Part shown: positions 54,345-64,000 of the stretch, in pieces
Layout: the number at the start of each line of letters is the position of its first letter
Position numbering within the stretch: the first letter of the stretch is position 1
NCBI RefSeq assembly: GCF_001194135.2
Contig: NC_068994.1
Span: 39,657,949 to 39,721,948, forward strand
Direction: 5' to 3'
Length of the DNA stretch: 64,000 nt
Source of the DNA: Octopus bimaculoides
Lineage: Eukaryota
The notes under the pieces: model-generated
The model's input: the letters and a program-made list of their open reading frames with translations, nothing else
Database searches by the model: none
Told to the model about the DNA's origin: nothing
Made by a program: the position numbers and the translations under genes

Positions 54345-54990
54345 TTTTGCATTGTAGTTTGGTTGTGTGGTTAAGAAGCTTGCTTTTCAACTGCATGGTT
54401 TCAGGTTCAGTCCTACTCCATGGCACATTGGGAAAAAGTCTTCTATTATATCACAGGGCCAACCAATATCTTGTGAGTGAATTTGCTAGACAGAAACTAG
54501 GTAGAAACGTTGGCAACGGCCACGCTCAAAATGGTGTATTTTACATGCCAACTGCACAGGAGCCGGTCCAGCAGCACTGGCAATGATCTCGCTCAAATGT
54601 CTTTACATGTGCCACTGGCACAAGTGTCAGGAAGGTGATGCTGGGCACAGGTGCCAGTCATAGAATTAAGTTCGATTTTGATTTCACTTGCCTCCACAGG
54701 TCTTCGCAAGCGGAGTTTAGTGACCAATGAAGGAGGGCATGCATAAGTGGGCTGGCTACACCCCTGGCAGAGGCCTTGGATTTAGGTCTCACTCAGCTTG
54801 TCGGGTCTTATATATANNNNNNNNNNNNNNNNNNNNNNNNNNNNNNNNNNNNNNNNNNNNNNNNNNNNNNNNNNNNNNNNNNNNNATATATATATATATA
54901 TATATACACACAAGTGCCTTCTACTATAGTGTTGGGTCAACCAAAGCCTTGTGAGTGGATTTGGCAGACGGAAAATGAAAGTTAGCCACA
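54345..54990 (+). mobile_element. Composite: SINE head, second-family internal repeats, gap, and a further SINE head fragment
   Basis: GGTTCAGTCC head, TTTACATGCC subrepeats, and AAAGCCTTGTGAGTGGATTTGG after the gap. Confidence 0.75.
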
Positions 54991-55599
54991 GTGCTATTTG
55001 TATGAACTTTATTGAAATAGAGAACTTTATATAATTCTATTTAAACAGAACAAACTATCTAACAGGTTTATTGAGCAATGTAACTCAGTCGAAAATTTGA
55101 AAAATCATAGTGCCTAATTTACATATTCGAAATTTGAATATATAATTAGCTCATTTGCATATTTGATTGGAATTGAATGAAAAAATACTGCTTAATACAA
55201 ATAACTAGCATACCAAGTTTTATCAGTGGATACTTACAGAATTCAAGATATTTCATTTATGCATGTTAATTAGCTGTACACAATCATTTATTGATTACCT
55301 ATATATTTGCTGATAAAAATTTTCCTGGAAACTGTATTTTCAAGAGTCTGTCGTACATATATGCAATAAATTACACGTTTTGATTTGTTTATAAGCTAAA
55401 ACACTTGTGATATGCTTTTTCAGTCAATTTATGTACCAATTTCTTTGAATACAAAGATTTTTAAAAACAGGAAAAAAACGCCCTAGCTTTTTCTAGTAGT
55501 TTCTTTATTTTGAAATAAGTTCAAAGCATGCTAATTCCAGAATGAGTTGTCCAATTCTTACATTCTCTTATTCTTTTACTTGTTTTAGTCACTGATCAA

Positions 55600-55760
55600 T
55601 ATCATGTTGGTAGTAGTCCTGGTAGGAGGGTGGTTGGTCAAATTAACCCCAGTACTGATTCTTTTTAAACCTGGCATTTATTCTATCAGAAGGGGCATAA
55701 ACAAACCAACACCTGTTGTCAAATAGTGACAGACAAACAAAACAAAAAATGATACACACA
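55600..55760 (-). mobile_element. SINE tail, reverse orientation
   Basis: CCCCAGTACT and AAACAAACCAACACC are reverse complements of tail motifs. Confidence 0.65.
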
Positions 55761-55943
55761 CACAAACACACACATACATACACACTCACCTGAGGTGTTG
55801 TACAGTGGGAGTAAATACAAAGTCTTAAACATATAAACATGCCTGCATCAATACATGTAATATTTCTTCACCAGGCATGGCTGTATAGTTAAGAAGCTTG
55901 GTTTTGGATTCAGTTCCATTGTGTGGTACATTGAGCAAGTGCG

Positions 55944-56240
55944 TAATCATCCTATTGCTTAATCATCTTCTCATACCATCTCCGATGAAGGGATATAATA
56001 AATATCCTGGAAACAGCTGTAAGACATTCGATTTATAAATGTTCTATATTATACTCAGTCTTGGTTTTTTTATCTCATTATGAAAAGTACATCCTATATT
56101 CAAACGCCGATTTATGACCTACGTTGGACCCCTTATTCACATAACTACCGAACCTGGAGCTTAAATGTGGTCTATCCATAGCACTTACTGAGCATTACCT
56201 GAAACCTCTGGGTCTAACTGACACCACTATCGCTCATAAC
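55944..56240 (+). mobile_element. ~300-bp Penelope pLTR-like or retrozyme-like insert between a SINE head (55875-55943) and tail (~56300-56530)
   Basis: The SINE breaks at GAGCAAGTG. The inserted sequence carries a hammerhead motif and ends in (TA)n. Confidence 0.55.
55979..56024 (+). ncRNA. Minimal type-I hammerhead ribozyme, variant core
   Basis: TCT-CCGATGA-A-GGGATAT/AATAA/ATATCCT-G-GAAA-C-AGCT-G-TA^AGA: stems I, II and III, a palindromic AGCT loop 3 and a GUA cleavage triplet. Confidence 0.7.
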
Positions 56241-56814
56241 ATATATATATATATATATATATATACACTCATACATATGGATGTTTGTTTGTGTGTGGTT
56301 TCTGAGTGTATGTATTTGTCATTATATTGTTTATTCTCCACCACCAGACAACCAATGCTGGTATGTTTAAGTCCTTATAACTTAACAATCCCACAAAAAA
56401 GACCAACAGAACAAATAAAATACCAAACTTAAAAAATAAGCGCTAGGTTTGTTTTGTTCAATTAAACTGGTCAAGATGGTGTCCCAGCATGGTCACAGTC
56501 TAGTGCACTAGAACTAGTAAAAAATAAAAGATAAAATGAAATCTGGAACTGAGACCTTTAAAATGCAAAATGCAACCAGGTTTCTACAAGTCCCATGTAC
56601 TGAATTTTTGATGTTCTACTGCAACAAACAGCTTTATACAAATCCACTATTGCTGTTGTTGTTTAACCTTTAATCAGCAAAAACGCTAGTCTTGATCAAC
56701 CCACTTTGTAACTTTTTTCTTCTTCTTTTGTATATCATGGATAACATTTTTCTCAATGTTTCCTTCCGTACTTTAATCTTCTTTTAAACATTACTGTGTG
56801 ATTTGAAAACTTAC

Positions 56815-56848
56815 CTGCATAAACGTTCTCTCAGTTAGGTAGACATGG
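56815..56848 (-). other. Candidate 34-nt exon ending ATG CAG (MQ, phase 0)
   Basis: CTCTTCACAG| acceptor and consensus donor TGCAG|GTAAGT. Confidence 0.3.
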
Positions 56849-56859
56849 CTGTGAAGAGT

Positions 56860-57135
56860 AGTAGTAGTAGTAGTAGCGACAGTGCTGGTGGTGGTGGTGG
56901 CAGCGGCGGCAGTGGTGGTGGCAGCGGCGGCAGTGGTGGTGGCAATGGTGGGGGCAGTGGTAGTGGTGGTAGTGGTTGTGGTGGTATCAGTGATGGTGGT
57001 TGTAGTTGTGGTTGTGGTTGTAATGGTATCAGTGGTGGTGGTGGTGGTGGTTGTGGTGGTGGTGGTGATGGTAACTGCTGCTGCTACAACAGCAGTGGCA
57101 GCAGCAGTAATTGTAGTAGTAGTAGTAGTAGGAGT
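56860..57135. repeat. Compound (AGT)n/(GGT)n/(GGC) trinucleotide low-complexity tract
   Basis: Directly visible. Confidence 0.95.
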
Positions 57136-57489
57136 AGTTTAGTGCTAGGTCAGCACTAGTTGTGTAGACCATATAATCAAGTGTTCCAGCCATGGCCATA
57201 CAGTCTATATACATATCTAACACCAGAGAGTTCAATATATCCTACTTATTATATTCTGTGATGTAATCTGAGGAAGATTGTGGTGGCTGTTTCTAGAGGT
57301 TGAGCACTTTCATAAACATACACACCCACACATACACAAACACACACATTGTTCTGCCTTGATCAAGGTTGACCTGTGGTTAAACAAAAAACCACTTAAT
57401 TTACTATCTTAGTTGAAAAATAGGTAAAGTTTTTATACATATTTGCAAACATACATACATACATACATACACATCATGTATATATACAT

Positions 57490-57525
<36 letters not shown>

Positions 57526-57534
57526 TTGCTGGTA

Positions 57535-57704
<170 letters not shown>

Positions 57705-58294
57705 TATTAAATGAATATGAGAAAGACAGGAGATAAAGTACGATTTATTCATGATTAGAGTTGTTCGAAAACCTAAGTTCTACTGTATGTATGTATGTAT
57801 GTATGCATATATATATATATATATACATACACACCCACACACATACACACCCACACACACACACACACGAACAAACATAAATATATATGTAAACACACAG
57901 GCATGAATTATGTGCATGCGTGTGTGTGTGTGTTCGATATTCATCTGCTGCAAATTGCAGTCTTTTCTAATGTTGCAGCTAGTATCGACACAGTTATTTC
58001 CCTTCATTCTAAGCTGACTGCACACAATACTGTTTTCTCTCTATATATCTACTACTCCCCAACAGGTTCAAAGCTTGCACTAAATTCTGTTTGTCCTCTA
58101 CTGAGCATATTTTTCTGGCAACACATAATATTAATATGCTACTAAGAGAGAAGAAATAAAAACCAGCTCCCACCAATAGATTATCTCACTGAGAGCTTCA
58201 CATCTTATTTGAATAAAAAACCAGTAATGATCTTTTATTTCTTTTAGTTATAGGACTATAACCATGTTGTGGTACTACCTTGTATGGTTTAGTC

Positions 58295-58577
58295 CAGGGG
58301 TTTTCAAACTTTTTGACTTGCGGACCCCTTTATATTTCAGGCTTATGAAATTTATACATAAATATTTGCTTAAAATAACATATATTTTTACATTTAACAG
58401 TATTTAACAAATATTTTTACATTTAACAGTATTTAACAAATATTTTTACATTTAACAGTATTTAACAAATAGGTTTATTGTCAATTAAAAGATTTCGATT
58501 AAAAAACATATATAAGACCCCCTGTCTTGTCCTTGTGGACCCCCTGTGGTCTGCAGACCACAGCTTGAAAACCCCTG
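58295..58577. mobile_element. Complete hAT-type MITE (283 bp) with 8-bp TSD
   Basis: TIRs CAGGGGTTTTCAAACT / AGCTTGAAAACCCCTG (15 of 16 match), and TSD GTTTAGTC at 58287-58294 and 58578-58585. Confidence 0.95.
58382..58468. repeat. 29-bp tandem repeat x3 inside the MITE
   Basis: ATATTTTTACATTTAACAGTATTTAACAA, three perfect copies. Confidence 0.97.
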
Positions 58578-60619
58578 GTTTAGTCAAACAAATCAATCCC
58601 AGTACATATTTTATTAAGTCTGGTATGTATTTTATTGGTAATTTTTGCTGAACTGCAAAGTTATGGGGACACAGCTCCTCATTCAGTAGAAGTGGGAAAA
58701 TACCCACACAAAGATACACAAATACACACACACACATGCAATGGACTTACACAGCTTCAAATACCAAATTCACTCAAAGGCACTGGTTGGCATAGGGCTA
58801 TAATGGAAATTTACTCAGCATACATTCAAGGCAATGAGTAAGCAGAATAGTTAGTGTGTAAGATTCTATTGTTTTGGACTACAAAACAAAACTAATCCTC
58901 TGTTGTGGAAATCAGGTGCCCTCTGGAAATCAATGTGTCAGAATTATACAAGAAACAGAAAAAGTTTATAGACCACTGATAAGGACTATGCAAATCCAAC
59001 ATCTGATATACACTTTTGTGCCTATAATTAACAGAGCAACATGATACATAACAATGATCATGGAGCAAAGTATGGCTAAACTTGGGTTCTTCAGGTAAGA
59101 ATGCAATTCCGAAATTTATATGCTACAAATGATTGTGATAACTGAGATAAAAAAAAAATTTTTAAACTGCAAGACCTACTTAAAATTGAACACATGAACA
59201 AAACAAGATGCTTTCCTTCATCAGGTGGCTGGTCAAAATTAACACTAAATTAAAAAGAGAAAAAAAAATACATACATACTTACATACATGCCTATGTGCA
59301 TACATAAGTACATACATACTACATATGTACATGTATACATACATACGTACATATGTACATACATATGTATGTAAGTAGGTACATATGTATGTAGGTACGT
59401 ATGTACATACATATATACATGCATACATATGTATATACTTTATCACAGCTAGAATGCATACGATCATAGGTGTACTTGATCAGAGGTTGACCTAGGGCTA
59501 ACCAATAAAAAAACAAAAACCAACAGCATCCTGTCCTTGTACTCAAACTAAAAGAAGCTGAATAAATATGTTAAAGGATAAATGTATAAGATGAATTTGT
59601 CCAGCATGTTCTTTCCTTTGACAAAGCTGTAGAATATTATTTGTTAAGGTTATTTCTACAGATATTTCAATACAAATTATAGCCGGCACTGATTTTATCT
59701 GAGAAAGTTTTGGCTGCTATTTTTAGAGGGTTAAGTGTTTACTTAGAAATTACCTTGTCGTTTCATGATTAAGAACTAATTATTTTTTACTTTTGTTGTT
59801 GTCATCGTTTAGCTCTAAGTCAGTCTAGATCTAGTTGACCCATGACTAAAAGCTTTCCTGCCATGATTGACCATCCTGCTTTTTCCTCTTTTCAGACTAC
59901 ATTAACCAATGTTTCTTGTTTCCAGACAACAGGATATGATCTAAAAGAGATCTGGTTATTGTTTCTAACAGATAAAAAAACCATGTTGTGACTTCCTGTA
60001 CTTGATTTTACTGTGAAGTGACCGAAATTAGTATATAAAAACAGTGGAATAATTTGTTTTTTTTCACGAGGAAAGGCCCTGCTCAAAGAATCGAATATTC
60101 ATAGCAAACTAATTTATTTCCCTTTGGAAACTGAAGTCATCACAAGTTTCCACACTCAGAAAGTTTAAGACAAGTAGAGTTACCTACCTTACTCATATGC
60201 ACAAGTCAATGACTGTTTGAAAAATTTGTTCTAAAGACTATGGGATCAGCGATCCATTCCCCTATCCTTAACAAAGACTGCCTTTAATCGTTTATCTGAC
60301 TGTTATAGAGTAATTATCTATCGAGTAGTTAATCACTAACGATTATTTGAGCATTGAGTCATCGCAAAGTAAATCACCGTAGACGTAATTTACATTCTTA
60401 TACAAGGGACACTACTGTAACAGTTGTGTCCAGTTCTCTTCCACTCCATCTTAATAGAGACATCTAATTAACCAGTTTGACACTGGACCTGTCTGAGACC
60501 GCTCCTCACGTTCGATGTTACAAAAACTGGTAATTTTAAAGCGTTCATAAGTAAATAAACACTTTCCACAGTCATTTTTCCAATTAAAATATTTTGTTAA
60601 TTTATCTTCAAACTTTCAT

Positions 60620-60810
60620 TTCAGGCATTGGTCGACGGCCATTCTGGGGCACCACTTTGATGCTTTTAGTTGAACATATTGATTTCAATACTTATTTTTT
60701 TTTAAGCCTGGTACTTATTCTAGTGGAAACTTATTGTCAAACTGCTAAGTTATGGGGACGTAAACAAACCAATGCTGGTTGTCACGTTATTGTGGGTGAC
60801 AAAACACAAA
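60620..60810 (-). mobile_element. SINE tail, reverse orientation
   Basis: AAGCCTGGTACTTATTCT and GCTAAGTTATGGGGACGTAAACA. Confidence 0.8.
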
Positions 60811-60889
60811 CACGCACCACACAAACACACACGCACAGACACACACCACCATCATCATCTCTCTATCTCTCTATCTATCTATCTATCTA

Positions 60890-60924
<35 letters not shown>

Positions 60925-61128
60925 GTATGTATATGTATATAATATATATGTATGTGTATATATATATTTATATACACATACATGTCCACTTTCACTGCTG
61001 GCATGGGTTTTACAACTGGTTGGGTCATAGGTGACTAAACTGGCAACCCCATCAAGTTTGCTTGGTGAGGAGGGTGATTGTTGGACACCATGCAAGAAAT
61101 GAATTAACTGGTAAACTTAAGCCAAAAA

Positions 61129-61371
61129 GAACTTGAGCTGAAAGAATTTGAACTAAGAGAGTGTGAGCTAAGAGTGTTTGAGCTGAAAGAGATGGATCTA
61201 AGAAAGTTTGGGATTAGAAAACTTGAGCTGAGACATGTTGAGCCGAAGAAGAGTAAGCCAATAAAGACTGAGCCAAATGTGGATGAGCCGAATGTGACTG
61301 AGCCGAAGAAGTCTGAGCTGAAGATGACTAGGTCGAAAATGACTGAGCCGAAGAAGGCTGAGTTGAAATGA
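61129..61371. repeat. Degenerate 15-bp tandem repeat (~16 units, consensus near GAGCCGAAGAWGWCT)
   Basis: GAG-C(C/T)(G/A)-A(A/G)(A/G) recurs every 15 nt. One frame is stop-free on each strand. Confidence 0.85.
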
Positions 61372-61755
61372 ACCTTCATGCAGTGTTATAATCTGGTTGA
61401 AGTAACAGCAAAATCTCCCCACCAAATCATACTCTACTTTTATAAAAATAAAGGATATGTTGAACAATGTACTCCAGGGTTGTTCTACTGCTTACATATC
61501 ATCAACAACAACAACAACAACAGCAACAACAACAACAGTAAAAAATATAAAGTTGGAACTTCTGATTACCACAATTATATTGATATAAACATTGATGTGT
61601 GTAAAGGTAGGCATAGTTATAGGATGTTCATGCTATATTTGACAATTTTTTTCATGTCTCCTTTATTCAGGAACAGCTTGATGTATTGGTGATCAGTCAA
61701 TGGCATTGGAGAGCATAAAGACTAGCTGTAAAAAGTGGGGTCTAACTGGCTGTAT

Positions 61756-61944
61756 TTATAATAATTGAAACAACTCACTTTCTTGCAATAAATATATTGG
61801 AAGCAAAATATTTTCACGGATCCCTAAAATACTATTGCAGATCCCCAGTTTATTATTTTGCTTGCATGGACCCTCCCCACCCCCACAAAAAAATCTCGCA
61901 GATTGACCCCCTGCGATCATATGGACCCCGGTTAAGAACCACTG
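61756..61944. mobile_element. Truncated hAT-type MITE, one TIR
   Basis: Ends GGTTAAGAACCACTG, the reverse complement of CAGTGGTTCTTAACC. The other end was not found. Confidence 0.65.
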
Positions 61945-62605
61945 ATTCAGAGGTTCTCTCCTCACTTTCCTAATAAGAATACAGTAATACATGCGTGCAT
62001 GTGTGTATGTAAAATTCGTTTTACCTGGGACTTAAAACTTTGCGAGAGGGCTGCAGACTGGTTGACTATATCGTCAGGCAAAACTTAAATTTTGATCAAA
62101 ACGATTTTTACTGTAAATACTTTACCTTTATGTGGAAATGTTCTCTTGTGATTCTTAAATTTGCTTTAAATAAAAGACAGTCTAGATTAACATATGTGTG
62201 TGTGTGTGTGTGTGTGTGTGTCTGCGTGCGCACGCCTGTGTGTGTGTGTGTGTTAAAACAAGTACTAGAAATAATATGAAATAAAACTCATCTTATGTTC
62301 GGCTATCAAGTGGAATGTAGAGTAGATTTAATATATAAAATAGTGAAGAAAATGAAAATTTTGGTCGGGAATCGTGATAACAGATTAATCTATAAAGAGC
62401 ATTTAAAAACTGAAAAGTTTTAGGAAGATATTTAAAAAAACATGCTGTCGAACAAGCCAAGAGGAAACAACTCATGTCAAACTAAAATCAAATTGCTTAT
62501 ACAGCGGTGCTTTTGATAGGAGCTGGAATCGAATGCACAAATGTATGTACGTGTGTTCGCTGGGGCATATCAGCACAATGTGTTTCTCTTGTTCCCCTTC
62601 TTTAC

Positions 62606-62900
62606 CTGTCCTCTGTCTCTCTCTCCAAACGCACACACGCGCGCGCGCAGACATATGCACTATCACTATCATTATGACTATCATTAGCTATCAAACCACA
62701 TTTCCATACCGGCTTTATTTTACGATAAACTTGCACAACAGCATATTTTCGTGTGCCTTTCTCTATCTTGTAACATCTCATGTGTGAAGCGTAATGTTTT
62801 TAAGATTTGATCTAAATATCTTGTCCAGATCTCCTTCAGCCTATCTCTCCTTTGTGTACACTCCAACTCCAATCTCGTGACACTTTTTCCGCCCAGTACA
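62606..62900 (-). promoter_or_regulatory. Candidate minus-strand promoter and non-coding first exon
   Basis: GC box GGGCGG (62889-62894), CCAAT (62869-62873), local CpG enrichment including (CG)n at ~62639-62648, and donor GACAG|GTAAAG (exon end 62606). Confidence 0.45.
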
Positions 62901-63230
62901 TATCATCGATTCACATGATATATGTGCGTATCACTACAGTCATCAAATCTTCCATTACATTTCATTCACTTTCTCTCTCTCTCTCTCTGTCTCTCTTTGT
63001 TTCATTCTCTTTTTTCTATCATTTCTCTCTCTCTTTCTATCTCTATCTCTCGTTCTTTCTCTCTGTTGAGACCAAAACTGAACCGTCTCTTATCTCAACT
63101 TATATTTCTTAAAGTCAATGCCAAAGATATTTTTCTTCCTACTTTTGACACAACACTCTTTTTCATAAACACACACATACATTTATGTAAGCATGTATTT
63201 GGTGTGTGTTTGTGTGTGTGTGTACATACA

Positions 63231-63266
<36 letters not shown>

Positions 63267-63282
63267 TATATATACCTTTATT

Positions 63283-63530
63283 TGTTTTAGTCATTTAACT
63301 TTAGCCATGCTGGAGCACCACCTTTAGTTGAGCAAATCGCCCCCACCCAACTTATTCTTTGTTAGCCTAGTACTTATTCTATCAGTCTCTTTTGCCAAAC
63401 CACTAAGTTATGTGGACGTTAACACACCAGCATCTGTTGTCAAGCGATGTTGGGGGGACACAAACAAATATATATATATGATGGGCTTCTCTCACTTTCC
63501 ATCTACCAAATACACTCACAAAGCATGAAA
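63283..63530 (-). mobile_element. SINE, reverse orientation, 5'-truncated
   Basis: Reverse complement of the 63700-64000 segment. Confidence 0.9.
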
Positions 63531-63579
63531 CTATTAGTAGCTCTTTCAGTTGTGCATTAGATTGATATATATGTATATA

Positions 63580-63752
63580 GGCACAGGAGTGGCTGTGTGG
63601 TAAGTAGCTTGCTTATCAACCACATGGTTCTGGGTTCAGTCCCACTGCATGGCATCTTAGGCAAGTGTCTTCTACTATAGCCTCGGGCCGACCAAAGCCT
63701 TGTGAGTGGATTTGGTAGACGGAAACTGAAAGAAGCCCGTCGTATAGATACG

Positions 63753-63801
<49 letters not shown>

Positions 63802-64000
63802 TTGTGTGTCTGTGTTTGTCCCTCTAGCATTGCTTGACAACCAATGCTGGTGTGTTTATGTCCCCGACACTTAGCGGTTCGGCAAAAGAGACCGATATAA
63901 TAAGTACTAGGCTTACAAAGAATAAGTCCTGGGGTCGATTTACTTGACTAAAGGTGGTGCTCCAGCATGGCTGCAGTCAAATGACTGAAACAAGAAAAAG
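63580..64000 (+). mobile_element. Best-preserved full-length tRNA-derived SINE
   Basis: A-box TGGCTGTGTGG (63590), B-box GGTTCAGTCCC (63633), body, internal (TA)n(TG)n, and tail to GACTGAAACAAG. Confidence 0.95.

Larger units (their letters stand above)
58220..58860 (-). mobile_element. SINE in reverse orientation, split by a hAT MITE
   Basis: The tail sequence GGTTTAGTC|AAACAAATCAATCCCCAGTAC resumes after the MITE. Confidence 0.8.

Noticed and set aside
56845-57159. Gly/Ser/Cys-rich 104-aa ORF resembling a structural or shell/beak protein
   Set aside because: It is fully explained by (GGT)/(AGT) trinucleotide tracts open in several frames. There is no signal peptide or supporting splice context.
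58382-58468. Direct repeats as a CRISPR-like array
   Set aside because: The units are contiguous with no spacers, the context is eukaryotic, and they lie inside a MITE.

Overview
This is AT-rich, microsatellite-dense animal genomic DNA from a short-read scaffold, with seven N-gaps, most abutting (AT)n or poly-T. The repeat content resembles coleoid cephalopod (octopus-like) DNA: tRNA-derived SINEs with an internal (TA)n(TG)n tract, Dong/R4 and CR1-type LINE ends, Penelope-like elements, and Tc1/mariner, Tigger and hAT MITEs. The taxon is my inference, not a database result. There are no prokaryotic features and no CRISPR array. Almost all ORFs in the track are microsatellite or gap artefacts. 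The only ORFs I recognise with confidence are transposon remnants. The window appears to be mostly intron of one large minus-strand gene that I cannot name. It has several candidate first exons/promoters and a phase-compatible chain of small exons (36602-36838, 21425-21584, 13034-13072). The strongest leads are: (1) a minimal type-I hammerhead ribozyme in a ~300-bp Penelope/retrozyme-like insert; (2) a ~550-bp non-autonomous element inserted into (TAA)n and sharing its 3' part with a Dong/R4 ORF fragment; (3) a 39-nt microexon with a neural-type UGC acceptor and a frame-switching alternative acceptor; (4) a 224-bp tandem duplication with a promoter/ATG/donor cassette beside a Penelope element; (5) a 15-bp repeat open on both strands. 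All gene-structure calls are read by eye and need RNA-seq.
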